From Mobula hypostoma (Eukaryota), in assembly GCF_963921235.1 (NCBI RefSeq), contig NC_086097.1:6262001-6326000 (forward strand): a stretch of 64,000 nucleotides of DNA, given 5' to 3'. This document shows, in pieces, positions 1 to 13,125 of the stretch. The notes beneath the pieces were generated by a model. That model ran no database searches, was not told the DNA's origin, and worked only from the letters and a program-made list of their open reading frames with translations. The first letter of the stretch is position 1. Each line of letters opens with the position of its first letter. Position numbers and translations under genes: made by a program.

Positions 1-175
1 CCAGACACGGAGGAACAGACTTGGCTGCAACGAATACTAAGTTTGCAGGTGACAAGCAAAATGTATTGTGGATATCAAGTAAGATTGTCTAAGGCTACAG
101 CAAGTTATAGAGCAAATGAAAAGTTGGGTGGAGCATTGACAGATAAATTTAATCCCAATAAGTGCAAGGTGTTTT
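1..175 (+). mobile_element. CR1 LINE RT fragment (decayed)
   Basis: Translates with stops to KFAGD...DCLRLQQVIEQMKSWVEH*QIKFNPNKCKV, the CR1 RT segment following FADD. Confidence 0.6.
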
Positions 176-329
176 AAAAAGTGAGTGGGGTCTGTTGGGA
201 ATTATCTGAGGAGCGGGAGATCACAAAGTGAGCTGGAGACAGTTCCTTGTGGACTTTAGTGCCAGTTGAAAAAGTGCGTGGGGTCTGCTGGGACTTGACT
301 GTGGAGCAGGAGATTGATTGGGTTATTAG

Positions 330-1850
330 TCACTAAGAAAGAACCAGTAAAAAGAAGTGAGGTTTACGTAAAGTGGCCATTGTGGGAGTGGCCATTGTTG
401 GAGAGGTCTGGCTTTGGTTCAACAGCCTTAGGTGAGAACAAGTGAGGGCTAGAACTTAAGACAGAGAAGGTTGTTACTTAAAAGTGTAAGCAGGATGGTA
501 GTTCAGGTGGTGGGATGCTCCTCCTGTGAGATGTATGATTCAGGGTACCTAACAGTCTCCCTGATAACTACGTCTGAGGGAAGTGCACTCAACATCAGCT
601 CCTGACTGACAAGGTCAAGGAACTGAAGGTTGAGCTGGATGCATTCAAGACCAACCGGGAGGCTGAAAACTTCATAGATGGGACTTTAACAGAGGTGGCC
701 ACACCAGAGTGCAGGCTTCAGACAGTAGTCAGGTGACCATCAGGCAAAGTAAGGGGAGAAAGCAGTCAATGTAGGGCTCTACTCTTCGTATTCCCCTCAG
801 CAACAAGTATACACCCTTGGATACCACTGGGAGGAAGACCTATCAGGGCACATCAACTGCAGCCAGCACAGTGACTCTGAGGCCGGCTCTATGGCTCAGC
901 AGAGAAGGGTAACATTAGGCAGTAAGGTAGTGATAGGAGACTCGATGATTATGCGGATGGACAAGAAATTCTGTGGCCATGAAAGAAAAGCCAGGATGGT
1001 GTGTAGTTTCCCAGTTGCTAGGGTCCAGAGTGTCTCAGAGCAGCTGCAGAAGATTCTCTAGAGGAAGGGTGAGTGGCCAGAGGTCATGGTGCAGATTGGC
1101 ACCAATGGTTAGGTGGGTAGAAAGGGGGAAGAGGTCCTGTGTATCAGTATAGGCAGTTAGGGAAAAGGATGAAGAGCAGGACCTTCAAGGTAGATTACTC
1201 CCAGTGCCATGTGCTATTCAGGGCAGGACTAGGATGATAGTACAGATGAATGAGAGGCTGGGGGGAACACGGTTTCAGATTTCTGGAGCAATGGGATTGC
1301 TACTGGGGAAGGTATGACCTGAACAAAAAGGACAAGTTACTCCTGAACCCGAGGGGACCAATATCCTTATGGGCAGTTTTGACAGAGATGTTGGGGAAGA
1401 CTTAAACTAAGTTGGCAGCAAGTTGGGCACTGAGTGATAGGCACGACGATGGGGCAGTTGTGATGTAAATTTATGCAGTTGTGGCAGAAAGAAGATCAAA
1501 GTTGGGAGCTTAACATCCAAGGATACACATTGTATTGAAAGGACAGGCAGTAAGGTAGAGGGGGTGGTGTGGGACTGTTGGTGAAAAAAGAAATCAAATC
1601 CTTAGAAAGAGATGATGTAGGATCAGAAGATTTAGAATCCTTATGGGTAGAGTTAAGAAACTGCAAGGGTAAGAAGACCCTGATGGGAGATATACAGTAC
1701 AGGTCTATGAACAGTAGTCAGGATGTGGGACATAAATTTTAATGGGAGATAGAAAAAGCATATAATAAGGACAAAGTTACAATAGTATGTGGGATTTCAA
1801 TATGCAGGTAGATTGGGAAAATTAGCTTGGTGCTGGCTCACAAGAGACCT
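330..1850 (+). mobile_element. CR1 LINE 5' part (ORF1 zinc finger + SGNH esterase, start of APE endonuclease), decayed
   Basis: Remnants of CSSCEM, VVIGDS...FCGHERKARMVC and ESLWVELRNCKGKKTLMG; homologous to CR1 copies at 10230-11700 and 50300-51460. Confidence 0.75.
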
Positions 1851-2009
1851 ATCTTATGTATTTTATGTATTATACTTGTGATTTTTTATTATTATGCTCT
1901 TTGTTTCATTATGGTATTTTTGCACTGCGTCAGATCCAGAGTAACAATTATTTTTATCTCCTTTACACTTGTGTCCTGGAAAAGACATTAAACAATTTTA
2001 AAACTTGAA

Positions 2010-2480
2010 GCAATACACACAAAATACTGAAGGAACTCAGCAGATCAGGCAGTGTCCATGGAAATAAATAAACAACGTTTTGGGTCAAGACCCTTCTTCA
2101 GGACTGGAGAGGAAGGGCAAAGATGCCTGAATTAAAAGGTGGGGGGGGAGGGTAAAGAGGACAAGCTGGAAGGTGATAGGAGAAGCCAGTTGAATCAGAA
2201 AGGTAAAGGGCTGGAGATGAAGGGATCTGATAGGAGAGGAGAGAGGACCATAGGAGAAACAGAAGGAGGAGCGGTACCAAGAGGAGTGTTTGGCAGGTGA
2301 GAAGAGATGAGAGGCCAGAATGGGGAGTAGGGGAGGGAGGGGGCATATTTTTTAACTGGAAGGAGAAATCAAGGTAAGAGGCCAGAGTGGGGAGTAGAAG
2401 AAGAGGGGAGGGGAAAGGAAGCATATTTTTACAGGAAGGAGAAATCAAAATTCATGCCATTGGGTAGGATATTGATGCCG
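2010..2480 (-). mobile_element. Penelope-like element 3' end / pLTR with degenerate hammerhead
   Basis: Reverse complement of the 17830-18238 tail; contains a local duplication (2305-2370 / 2375-2450). Confidence 0.7.
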
Positions 2481-2494
2481 TCAGTTTGAATCTT

Positions 2495-2855
2495 GAATCT
2501 GTTTAGAAGAATGAGGGAAGGTCACAATAAGACCTATCAAATATTGAAAGGCCGAGATAGAATGGATGTGCAGAGGATGTATCCTATGGTAGAGGAGTCT
2601 AGGACCAGAGGGCATAGCCTCAAAACACAGGAATGTCCATTTAGAACAGAGATGAGAAGGAATTCATTGCCACGGGTGGTTGTGGAGGCCAAGTCATTGG
2701 GTATATTTAATTAGTCAGGGTGTCAAAGGTTACAGGGAAAAGGGAGGAGAATGGGGTGGAGAAGGATAATAAGTCAGCCATGATGGAATGGTGGAGCAGA
2801 CTCGCTGGGCCAAATGGCCTAATTTTGGTCCTATATCTTATGGTTTTATGGTCTT
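2495..2855 (+). mobile_element. CR1 LINE 3' fragment
   Basis: RRMRE...SRTRGHSLK C-terminal motif and (TCTTATGG)-like tail. Confidence 0.8.
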
Positions 2856-2889
2856 GAAAGAGCAATAAGTAAATGACAGGCTCATCTGT

Positions 2890-3175
2890 TTTAGTTCAGT
2901 GATTTTGTCTGAGAGATACATAAGATAAAGAACACAATAACTATAAATACATAAGATAGCTTATATATATATATATATATATATAGATTCATTGTATGTC
3001 TATAAAGTGATACTAAGCACAAGAGTGTCTGAACGTAAGGTGACTGACAGGAAATGATAAAGTAGTGGTGACTGGGGGTGTGGAGGAGGTGAGTTAGTGG
3101 GTGAAGGTGTTGATCAGCCTTACTGCTTGGGGAAAGTAAATGTTTTTGTGTCTGGTGGTCTAGTGGTGAAGCTTG
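2890..3175 (-). mobile_element. Rex1/Babar-type 3' fragment with (TA)n microsatellite (about 2962-2983)
   Basis: Minus strand resembles the Rex1 C-terminus (..FFPQAVRLIN) and 3' UTR. Confidence 0.5.
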
Positions 3176-3404
3176 CTGTACAGAAATCTGTTCCCACATT
3201 TCCTATATTACAATATGACTATAGTTCAGAAGTACGTTAGCTGTAAAGATTTCAGGATATCCTGGGACTGTGAATGAACAACCTTCCCTCATCTTCCATT
3301 GCGGAAAGTTTATGATGTTATGATTTGATCATTAAAACCCATTACTTCCAAAAGCTTCTTACTCTTTTCTGGAATTGTGGTTATCACAACATTATTACAG
3401 CTCA

Positions 3405-4310
3405 GGGTGTTAGGGTTCACAGTTCAATTCCAACGTCAAGGAGTCTGCACGACCTCCCCATGAAATGCCTGGGTTTTCTCCTATTATCAACAGTTTTAGG
3501 CCCTGTATTTCAGAAAGGATGTGTTGGCATTGGAGACTGTCCAGAGAAGGTTCATGAGGATAATTCCAGCAATGAAGGGGTTACATATAAGGAGCGTTTG
3601 GCAGCTTTGGCTTGTATTCACTGGAATTTAGAAGAATGCGGGAGGATCTCATTGAAACCTACCAAATGTTGAAAGGACCAGATAGGGTGGATGTGGAGAG
3701 GATGTTTCCTATGCTGGAGGTATCCAGAACTAGAAGGCACAGCCTCAAAATTGAGGGGTGGTCTTTTAGAACAGAGGTGAGGAGGAAGTTTATTACCAGA
3801 GAGTAGTGAATCTGTGGAATGCTCTGCCACAGACTGCGGTGGAAGCCAAGGCCTTAGGTCTAGTCAAAGCAAAATTGATAGTTTCCTGATTGGTCAGAGC
3901 ATCAAAGGTTATGGTGAGAGGCAGTGGTATGGGGTTGCGTGGGATCCAGGATCAGCAATGATGGAATGGCGGAGCAGACTCGATGGGCTGAATGACCTAA
4001 TTATGCTCTGATGTCTTATGGTCTTTTGGTCTGAGTGCTCCGGTTTACGTGGCATCTCAGTTAGTAGGTCCTCATGAACGCTCTCAGACTGAAACGTCAG
4101 CTGTTCAGTCATTTCCAGAGATGCTCCGTGACCCTCTGAGTTCCTCCAGCATTCGGTGTATGTTGCTTTGGAAATCAGCATCTGCAGACTTTCTCATGTG
4201 AGTTAGTAGGTTAATTTGTCATTGTAAATTGTCCCGTGATGAGGCTAGGGTTAAATCAGGGTTGCTTGCAAGCCGCTCGATGGGCCTATTTTGAGCTGTA
4301 TTCTATTAAT
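3405..4310 (+). mobile_element. V-SINE (HE1-like) split by a CR1 3' fragment (3480-4028) and a Penelope pLTR insert (4070-4200)
   Basis: V-domain GTGCTCCGGTTT...TTAATTTGTCATTGTAAATTGTCC. CR1 ORF MYSLEFRRMREDLIETY. Insert 4070-4200 flanked by AGTTAGTAGGT (4059-4069, 4201-4211). Confidence 0.7.
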
Positions 4311-5267
4311 TAATTAATTAATTAATTTCCTGTAGATGATGAATTGCCACTTTGAAAACTCACCCAGGCAAAAACGGCCCTTGAAAAGAAAGTTTGAGGT
4401 ACCAATCTCATAGTACAATGCACAGCTTTCAGCTCTTTTAGTTGTTTTCTACAGGTGACATGTCTGCAATCACAAGAGGCTTATAGAACTCATAATGTAT
4501 CTGAACATCAATGGGTGTCATCTGTATTAAGTTCACTGCCATTCTTACCAGATATTCATCAGAAACCTTGTTGAAAGGTTTGATTGACATAGCATTACCT
4601 GGAGTTGATGAGATTCTTTTCCATCTCTCTATTCTTCTTCTTCAGCAAAACGAGATCTGATTTCATGGAATTGCTGAAAGCTGACCAATTTCCATTCACC
4701 TTCCAGCTCTGGATCAGAGTTTAAATTAAATCACCTTCTCACTGAGATGACTTCTTACAATCTTCTTTTCTTCAACATGAAGAAGCTCAATTCTCTAAAT
4801 GACCACTTGATTACACAATGGTTTTCCATCGCTTTTCTCCAAAGACTCTCAAACACATCAATGTCATTTTAAAGAGACATTGCAGGAACCAGCAGCCAGT
4901 GTTCCAGGAAGTGGCTTAAATAACAATGTCAAACAATGTGCAGAACTATCCTCACTAACAAGTGTAACTTTCGGTGGCTCCTGAATAATCAGGCCCTAAG
5001 TATTCTCAATCTCAGTCTCTTTACTCTCGCTGTCACTGTCAGCATTTACCCGGATCCTCTCAGTTCAAAGTTCAAATTAAATTTATTATTGAAGTATGCA
5101 TCCATTGCCAAATACTACCCTGAGATTCATGTTCTTGTAGGCATGCACAGTAGAGCAAAAAAGTACAATAGAATCAAGAAAACTGGACATAAACAGAAGT
5201 TTAAGATGGCTCTGATGAAGTACAGCGGCTACTTTTCCCTAGCAAACAAGACAAAGAAATCTACTGC

Positions 5268-5430
5268 AAACACGAGGAATTCTGCAGATGCTGGAAATTC
5301 AAGCAACACACATCAAAGTTGCTGGTGAACTCAGCAGGCCAGGCAGCATCTCTAGGAGGAAGTACAGTTGACGTTTCAGGCCGATACCTGTACCTCCTCC
5401 TAGAGTTGCTGCGTTCACCAGCAACTTTGA
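5268..5430. mobile_element. Penelope pLTR fold-back (inverted) insert within a Rex1-tailed SINE-like element (about 5200-6220)
   Basis: CAAAGTTGCTGGTGAAC...GTTCACCAGCAACTTTG inverted arms; AAAGAAATCTACTG is duplicated on both sides. Confidence 0.65.
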
Positions 5431-6779
5431 AAGAAATCTACTGACTACTTTATTAATCACACTCTTTCTGTTAAACAATCACTGCAGTGAACTTACCTTT
5501 TGAACCACCAGTACAACTGGTATTTTTACAATATGAACTGATGACTCGAAGGTGCAGGACAGACGTGTCATGACCTGTTTGGGCTAAATCAAGGTGGCAG
5601 AGCCCTGGTCTGATAGCAGGGAATGAACCAAAGTTTGGCCATTGCAGGAGCGGACTTAGAGGTGATTTGAGGCAATAGAACTGAGGCAAAGCAAGCAGAA
5701 GTGAGGCAGAGTCAAGGCATCAGGGCCCGGGCGTGGAAAGACCAGGGGTTTGATTGATTCAATTGCCTGACCAAAATGGAAAGGTCAGATATGGACTGAA
5801 ATAAAGGACAGGGGTCAGGCCTGAGAACATACCAAAATGACAGGTCCTGGTTCTGATAGTGAGGAATGACTGAGGTTTGGACAATTTAAGTGCCAGGCCA
5901 GATTGGAAAGGTCATGATGTTGGGTCTGGAGGAGAGGGACGGGTCAGTGGCAGCTCGATGCTCCATGAGGTTTACTGAGCGTTCCACTGAACTGAGGCTG
6001 TAACTAACGGCCTCCTGGACCGACTGCAGAGATGACTGGCTTCATGGCTATGGACTCATTTCTCAACTTTAGTTTATTTGCTTGCTCTTGTTTCTTTTCT
6101 GCACACTGGGTGCTTGACGATCTTTTTAAATGGGCTCTATGGGTTTCTTTCTGATGTGGCTGCTTGGGAGATAAATCTCAAGATTGTATATAGTATAGAT
6201 TGATAATAAATGTACTTATAACAGACTTTGACAAACTGTGCAAATACAAAAAAAACAAGTAATAATAAATAAATAAGCAAATAAATAAATGAGTACATGA
6301 ATAATTAATTAATACTGAGAACATGAGTTGTAGATTGCTTGAAACTGAGTCCATTCACTAACTTTAATGAATTGAACTGTGTTCAATGGTCAGTTTAGTA
6401 TTGAGCTGAGTGAAGTTATTCACACCGGTTCTGGAGTTTGATCGTTGGTGGTGTGGGACCAAAATTTCCTGTACCTCCTTCCTGATGGCAGCACTTGGGA
6501 TTGCTGCCAATGCCAATGTTTGTTGTCCAGGCCTACTCACATTTATTGAATGGCATGGTGTACCATTTCAAAAGTAAACCACTTTGCTGGGGGAAATATT
6601 AGTTTGACAGATTTCTCCAGCATGGCACCAGGTGAGGTTTGAAAGTCACCACTTCTGATTCTAAATATCATTTACAGAATTATTTAATTGCATAAATTAA
6701 AGTTCCTCAGCTGCCAGGGCTGGATTTTAATTCCCACAGCACTCTGAAGTACTCGTCCAGTAGATCATTCTGTTACGGC

Positions 6780-7190
6780 AAACAAGAGAAAATCTGCAGA
6801 TGCTGGAAATCCAAGCAACTCACACAAAATGCTGGAGGAACTCAGCAGGTCAGGCAGCACCTATGGAAAAGAGTACAGTCGACATTTCAGGCCAAAACCT
6901 TTCAGCAGGACTGGATAAAAAAGCTGAGGAGTAGATTTAAAAGGTGGGGGGAAGTGAGAGAGAAACTCCAGGTGAAACCTGAAGAGGGAGGGATGAAGTA
7001 ATGGAGTTGGGAAGTTGATTTGTGAAAGAAATACAAAAGGCCATGAAAGAAAGAAAAGGCAAGAGGAGCACCAGAGGGAAGCAATGGGCAGGGAAGTAGA
7101 TAAGGTGAGAGAGGGAAAAGGGAATAGGAAATAGCGAAGGAGGGGATGGCCGTGGGGCATTACTGGAAGTTCAAGAAATTGATGTTCATG
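6780..7190 (-). mobile_element. Penelope-like element 3' end with degenerate hammerhead
   Basis: Homologous to 17820-18238; ribozyme remnant at about 6876-6913. Confidence 0.8.
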
Positions 7191-7983
7191 TTATGGTCAT
7201 TATTCTATGGATTTACTGAGTATGCGCAGAAAAAAGAATATGGTGGCATATGGTGACATATATGTACCAATTTAATTTGGAGATCAAGTTCAAGTTTAAT
7301 TGTCATTCATCCAGACAAATGAATACAGCCAAACAAAACAGTGTTTCTCTAATGCCAAGGTGCACGACACAGTGCCAACAGCCACACACAGCATGCAGCA
7401 TATTTAGCACGTATAATTACGATAACAGAGAAACATACAGTTACAAAAAGTAATACAAAATAATAATAATATAGCCCAAATCGCAGAGTGACATGGCCTA
7501 TAGTTTGATAATGCATGGATGTTGTCCTGGAGTCATGTTTCTACAAGAACAAGCCCATAGCAATTCCTCACCTCACATAAGTGCAGCCACAGATGATCGC
7601 AATCAAACTTAATGAGAGAGACCAGCTCCAGACCCAGAACGGAATCCAGTGGCACACACTACAACCATTCAACCATTACATTAACTTATTCATTTCTGAG
7701 GAGTCTACTATTTAATTAAACTGGAATACTTTGAACTTGCCTAATTTAACCATGCAATTATTTTATTGCCTTCAATGCATATTATAATATGATTCTCTGG
7801 TAAGTTTTAAAATGTAAAGCTATTAGTAGCTAAATATATATCAATAGTTGCTTTACCATCCAGGTGTAAGCAATTAACACCACTCGCTCTATACAACCCA
7901 GCTCATGGCATGTAATCAACTATTAGGCATGTAACTTTTAGAAGCTTAGTATTGTTAACATTCATAGCAGATTTCTGGCATGG

Positions 7984-8085
7984 TTCTGAAGAAGGGTCTT
8001 GGCCTGAAACATTGAATGTCTACTATTTTCCATAGATGCTGCCTGACCTGCTGAGTTCCTCGAACATCTTGTGTGAGTTGCTTTT
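7984..8085 (+). mobile_element. Penelope pLTR mini-copy starting at the hammerhead core
   Basis: CTGAAGAAGGGTCTTGGCCTGAAACATTG followed by the common pLTR tail. Confidence 0.7.
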
Positions 8086-8879
8086 ACGTCCATGGACATT
8101 CATTTTCAATGTTTGCTAGTCCAGATATATTTTATAAGTAGTGACTTCTCAAGGTTCAAAGTTCAAAGTAAATTTATTATAAAAATACGTATATGTCACT
8201 ATTTTCCAAACCTTGAGATTTATTTTCTTGCATGTATTTACAGGAAAACAAAGAAGTGCAATAGAATCAATGAAAAACTATGTAGAAACAAAGACCAACA
8301 GACAATCATTCTGCAAAAGAGGTGAAATTGTGTAAACAAAAATAAATAACTAACACTGAGAACATGAGTTGTAGAATCCCTGAAAGCGACTCCATGGGTT
8401 GTAGATTTATTTCAGAGATGAGATGAGAGCGTCAAGTTCCTAATGGTTATAGGGTAATAACTGCTCCTCAATCTAGTGCTGAGGAACCTACGGCTCCTGT
8501 ATCTCATTCTTGATGGCAGCAACAAGGAGAGAACATGGGCTAGATGGTGAGGACCCTGATGATGGATGCTGCTTCTTTGTAGATGTGCTGAATGGGGAGG
8601 GCTTTGCCTGTGATGGACTAGGCTGTGTTCACCTCTTTTTGTAGAATTTTTCATTCTTTAGCATTAGTGTTTCCATACCAGGTCAGGATCTCAAACCTCC
8701 ACTGCCTCTGGCTATACTCACTCACAGGGGTAAAGTCCAAGGAAAATTCCAGAGCTGGAATCCCTAAGGCAATACTATGTTAAGTTTAATGCTGACTGGC
8801 AACTTCTGCGATACTGCTGGTGCCAATTTGAATTCATCAGCTGTCTGTCTACTTTATCTATGCTCCTCAAGGAAGTATT

Positions 8880-9476
8880 GGTCCTTCTGAGAGAGTAAGG
8901 TTTCAATTAGATATTACTTGGATCTGCCAAAGAATGAATGGTTAACACATGCAACTTTGACTGAATACAGTCAAATGAGTTTGTGTTAGCCCTTGAAATA
9001 TTCTATCTTGCAGTTAGAAGGTGCACTAAATGAATAGCATACTAATATACATTCTTGATTTATTAAGTTCAAAAATACTTCTACACTCAATCTCTGTTGT
9101 TCTAACGTACTATTGTTGTTCCATTGTGTCTCAATAGATAACAAATTTCCTGAATTCCATAAAGAATCCTTAATTATGCGTCTTGAAATTATCGTCTTAG
9201 AAATGGTACTTTTACAGTTCATTAGTCTTCATCCTAATTAATACATTTCTGTGAAGTTGAAGCACATTTATTTTTTATCCACTTTATCTCATTCACCCAG
9301 TTTTCTCTGGAACCTCCTCCCAATCCCACCATCTTGATTGGCTGACACAATATTCCTAAGTTGAACATCATAACCCAAAGCCAAAACAGTCTACCAGCAG
9401 AACACACTGCTTTTAAAGGAGTGCTAAAGTGAAATATCTACAGCATAACAGCAAAAATCTTAACCAGGGCATTACA
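8880..9476 (-). mobile_element. LTR-like sequence (probably solo LTR, left end unresolved)
   Basis: Minus strand begins TGTAATGCCCTGG immediately after the Gypsy pol C-terminus; non-coding. Confidence 0.4.
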
Positions 9477-9479
9477 CAG

Positions 9480-9665
9480 ACTTCAAGATTTAATCACTGT
9501 GGAGGATTTCTCACTTTTATCGGGAAACATCTTATCAGACAAACAGGATCCCATTGCTTGGCAGGTGGGATGTAGCTGTGCAATCTCAGCGTCGGGGGCC
9601 TTCTCTGTGGTTATTGTAGGAGTTGACTCCAGGACTGTAGGAAGTGGTTCTGACAGCTCTGCAAA
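9480..9665 (-). mobile_element. Gypsy (K02A2.6-like) pol C-terminal tail; 3' part of the RBM25-carrying element
   Basis: ELSEPLPTVLESTPTITTEKAPDAEI...VRNPPQ*LNL, matching the typical post-integrase tail (R-Y-P-x-R-x-R-x-P-P-x-R-L-x-L pattern). Confidence 0.65.
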
Positions 9666-9940
9666 CCGCTTTTCTCCTTTTCTATCTCGAGATCTACTTC
9701 AATCACTTCCTTTTTCTTTCACATATACCTTTTGCTCTTTTATATCCACATCTCTTCCTCTTTTTCTTCTTATACTTTGTGTATCTTGGTCTTGGGAAAG
9801 TCCATTTAGTTCACTGGAGTATTCTCTTATTCATCCTTTTATTGTTCCCTCCAAGATCTGATCTCTGCTCTTGGTTTCTTTATCCATAATACCATCTGAA
9901 AAACCCTCCGTTTTCTTACCTACATTAACTCCTTTCTTTT
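9665..9940 (-). pseudogene. RBM25: RBM25 processed pseudogene, segment 2
   Basis: KKKGVNVGKKTEGFSDGIMDKETKSRDQILEGTIKG*IREYSSELNGLSQDQD...SRSRDR vs RBM25 DEETKRRDQMIKGAIEVLIREYSSELNAPSQESD; in-frame stops and an internal deletion. Confidence 0.85.
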
Positions 9941-12900
9941 TTCTTCAGCAGTTTGATCGGGGCACGACTACGCAAGCGCATGGACGTCAGACAGCTAGAG
10001 CAGCGAGAAGAGTTTAAAAGGAGACGGTTATTTCTTCAGTGGTTTGATCGGGGCACGACAGCGCAAGCGAGTAGATGTCAGCCAGTGAGAACAACGAGAA
10101 GACTTTAAAAGGAAACAGCTTTATAGAGCGGGCGACAGAGTAGAGGGCTTTGGTTCAATGGGGCTTTGGCGATAATGGGTTGAGGTGAGGGAGGTTGCCT
10201 GTGTAGAATAGAGACAGGAAGTATGTATGTGAGGCCATTGTTCTGTGCTCGGTGTCAGATGTGGGAAGTCCTGGAGACCCCTGGCCTCCTGGACGACCAC
10301 ATCTGCGCCAGACGTGTCGAGCTGCAGCTCCTTAGGGACCGGGTGAGGGAACTGGAGATGCAGCTTGATGACCTTCGTCTGATCAGGAAAACTTCTGAGG
10401 TGATGGAGAGGCAAATAGTCACACCGGAGCTTTAGGAGACAGATAAGTGGGTAACAGTCAGGAGAGGGAAGGGCAAGAGTCAGATACTAGAGATACCCCA
10501 GTGGCTGTCTCCCTGAACAATAAGTACTCCTGCTTGAGTACTGTTGAGGGGACAGCCTACCTGGGGGAAGCAACAGTGGCCGCACTCCGGCACAGAGTCC
10601 GGCCCTGTGGCTTAGAGGGTAGGGAATGGAAGAGGATGGCAGCAGCAACAGGAGACTCTGTAGTTAGGGGGCCAGACAGGCGATTCTGTGGATGCAGTAA
10701 AGAAACATGGATGGTAGTTTGCCTCCCAGGTGCCAGAATCTGGGACGTTTTTGATCGTGTCCACGATATCCTGAAGTGGGAAGGAGAACAGCCAGAGGTA
10801 ATGGTACATATTGGTACCAATGACATATGTAGGAAAAGGGAGGAGGTTCTGAAAGGAGACTACAGGGAGATAGGAAGGAAGTTATGAAGCAGGACCACAA
10901 AGGCAGTAATCTCGAGATTACTGCCGGTGCCACATGACAGTGAGTATAGGAATAGAACGAGGTGGAAGGTAAATGCGTGGCTGAGGGATTGGAGCAGGGG
11001 GCAGGGATTCAGATTTCTGGATCATTGGGACCTCTTTTGGGGCAGGTGTAACCTGTACATAAAGGTTGGGTAGCACTTGAATCCCGGGGGGACCAATATC
11101 CTATTTGAGGTTTGCTAAGGCTATTGGGGAGAGTTTAAACTAGAATTGCTGGAGAGTGGGTTCCGAACTGACAAGACGGAGGAAGAGGTGGTTGGCTCAC
11201 AAATAGAGAAAGCTTGGAGACAGTGCGAGAGGAAGAATAGGCAGGTGATAGAGAAGGGATGCGCTCAGACCGATGGTTTGAGATGTGTCTATTTTAATGC
11301 AAGGAGTATTATAAACAAAGCAAAGAATGAACTTAGAGCGTGGATCAGCACTTGGAGCTATGATGTGGTGGCCATTACAGAGACTTGGATGGTGCAGGGG
11401 CAGGAATGGTTACTTCAAGTGCCAGGTTTTAGATGTTTCAGAAAGGACAGGGAGAGAGGCAAAAGAGGTGGGGGCATGGCACTATTGATCAGAGATAGTG
11501 TCACGACTGCAGAAAAGGAGGAAGTCATGGAGGGATTGTTTATGGAGTGGGTGGAAGTTAGGAGCAGGAAGGGGTCAATAACTCTACTGGGTATTTTTTA
11601 CAGACCACCCAGTAGTAACAGGTACATCGAGGAGCAGATAGGCAGAAGATTCTGGAAAGGTGTAATAATAACAGGGTTGTTGTGGTGGGAGATTTTAATT
11701 TCCCAAATATCGATTGGCATGTCCATAGAGCGAGGGGTTTAGATGGGATGGAGTGTGTTCATGAAGGTTTCCTGACACAATATTAGATAAGCCTACAAGA
11801 GGAGAGGCTGTACTTGATCCAGTATTGGGAAATGAACCTGATCAGGTGACAGGTCTCTTTGTGGGAGAGCATTTTGGAGATAGTGATCACAATTCTATCT
11901 CCTTTACCATAGCATTGGAGAGGGATAGGAACAGACAAGTTAGGAAAGTGTTTACTTGGAGTAAGGGGAAACATGAGGCTATCAGGCAGGAACTTGGAAG
12001 CATAAATTGGGAACAGATGTTCTCAGGGAAATGTACGGAAGAAATGTGGCAAATGTTCAGGGGATATTTGCGAGGAGTTCTGCATAGGTACGTTCCAATG
12101 AGACAAGGAAAGGATGGTAGGGTACAGGAACCTTGGTGTACAAAAGTTGTTATAAATCTAGTCAAGAAGAGGAGCTTATGAAAGGTTCAAAACACTATGT
12201 AATGGTAGAGATCCAGAAGATTATAAGGCTAGCAGAAGCAGCAAGGAGCTTAAGAATGAAATTAGGAGAGTCAGAAGGGGCCATGAGAAGGCCTTAGCTG
12301 ATAGGATTAAGGAAAACCCCAAAGCATTCTACAAGTAAGTGAGGAGCAAGTGGATAAGACATGAGAGAATAGGACCAATCAAGTGTGACAATGGAAAAGT
12401 GTATGGAACCAGAGGAGGAGAGGTTCTTAATGAATACTTTGCTTCAGTATTCACTACGGAAAAGGATCTGGGTGATTGTAGGGATAACTTACAACAGACT
12501 GAAGAACTTGAACATGTAGGTGTTAAGGAACAGGATGTGCTGGAGCTTTTGGAAAGCATCAAGTTTGATAAGTCACCAGGATCAGATGAGATGTACCCCA
12601 GGCTACTTGGAGTACTGTGCTGAGTTCTGGTCGCCTGACTACAGGAAGGATGTGGAAACTATAGAGGAGATTTACAAGGATGTTGCCTGGATTGGGGAGC
12701 ATGCCTTAGGTTCCACATAGGTTGAGCAAACTCGGCATTTTCTCCTTGGAGCAGCAGAGGATGAGAGATGACCTGATATAGGTGTATAAGATAATGAGGG
12801 GCATTGATCGTGTAGGTAGTCAGATGTTTTTCCTAGCAAGTGAGGAAAAGGTTTTAAGGTGCTTGGAAGTAGGTACAGAGGAGATGCCAGGGGTAAGTTT

Positions 12901-13125
12901 TTTACGCAGAAAGTGGTGAGTGTGTGGAATGGGCTGCTGGTGACGGTGGTGGAGGAGGATACAATAGGGTCTTTTAAGAGACTCCTGGATAGGTACCTGA
13001 AGTTAGAAAAATAGGGGCTGTGGGTAACCCTCGGTAACTTCTAAGGCAAGGACAAGTTCAGCACAGCTTTGTGGGCTGAAGGACCTCTATTGTGCTGTAA
13101 GTTTTCTATGTTTCTATGTTTCTAT
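9941..13125 (+). mobile_element. Near full-length CR1 LINE with internal RT deletion, inserted into the RBM25 retrocopy
   Basis: 5' tandem monomers, ORF1 (CARCQMW zinc finger, GDSVVRG esterase), APE (YFNARSI...AITETW), deletion near 12605, RT C-terminus, (TTTCTATG)n tail at about 13104-13125. Confidence 0.9.

Noticed and set aside
7864..9476. Complete 3' LTR of the RBM25-carrying Gypsy
   Set aside because: No PPT before 9476 and no matching 5' LTR near 25860; more likely an unrelated LTR insertion.
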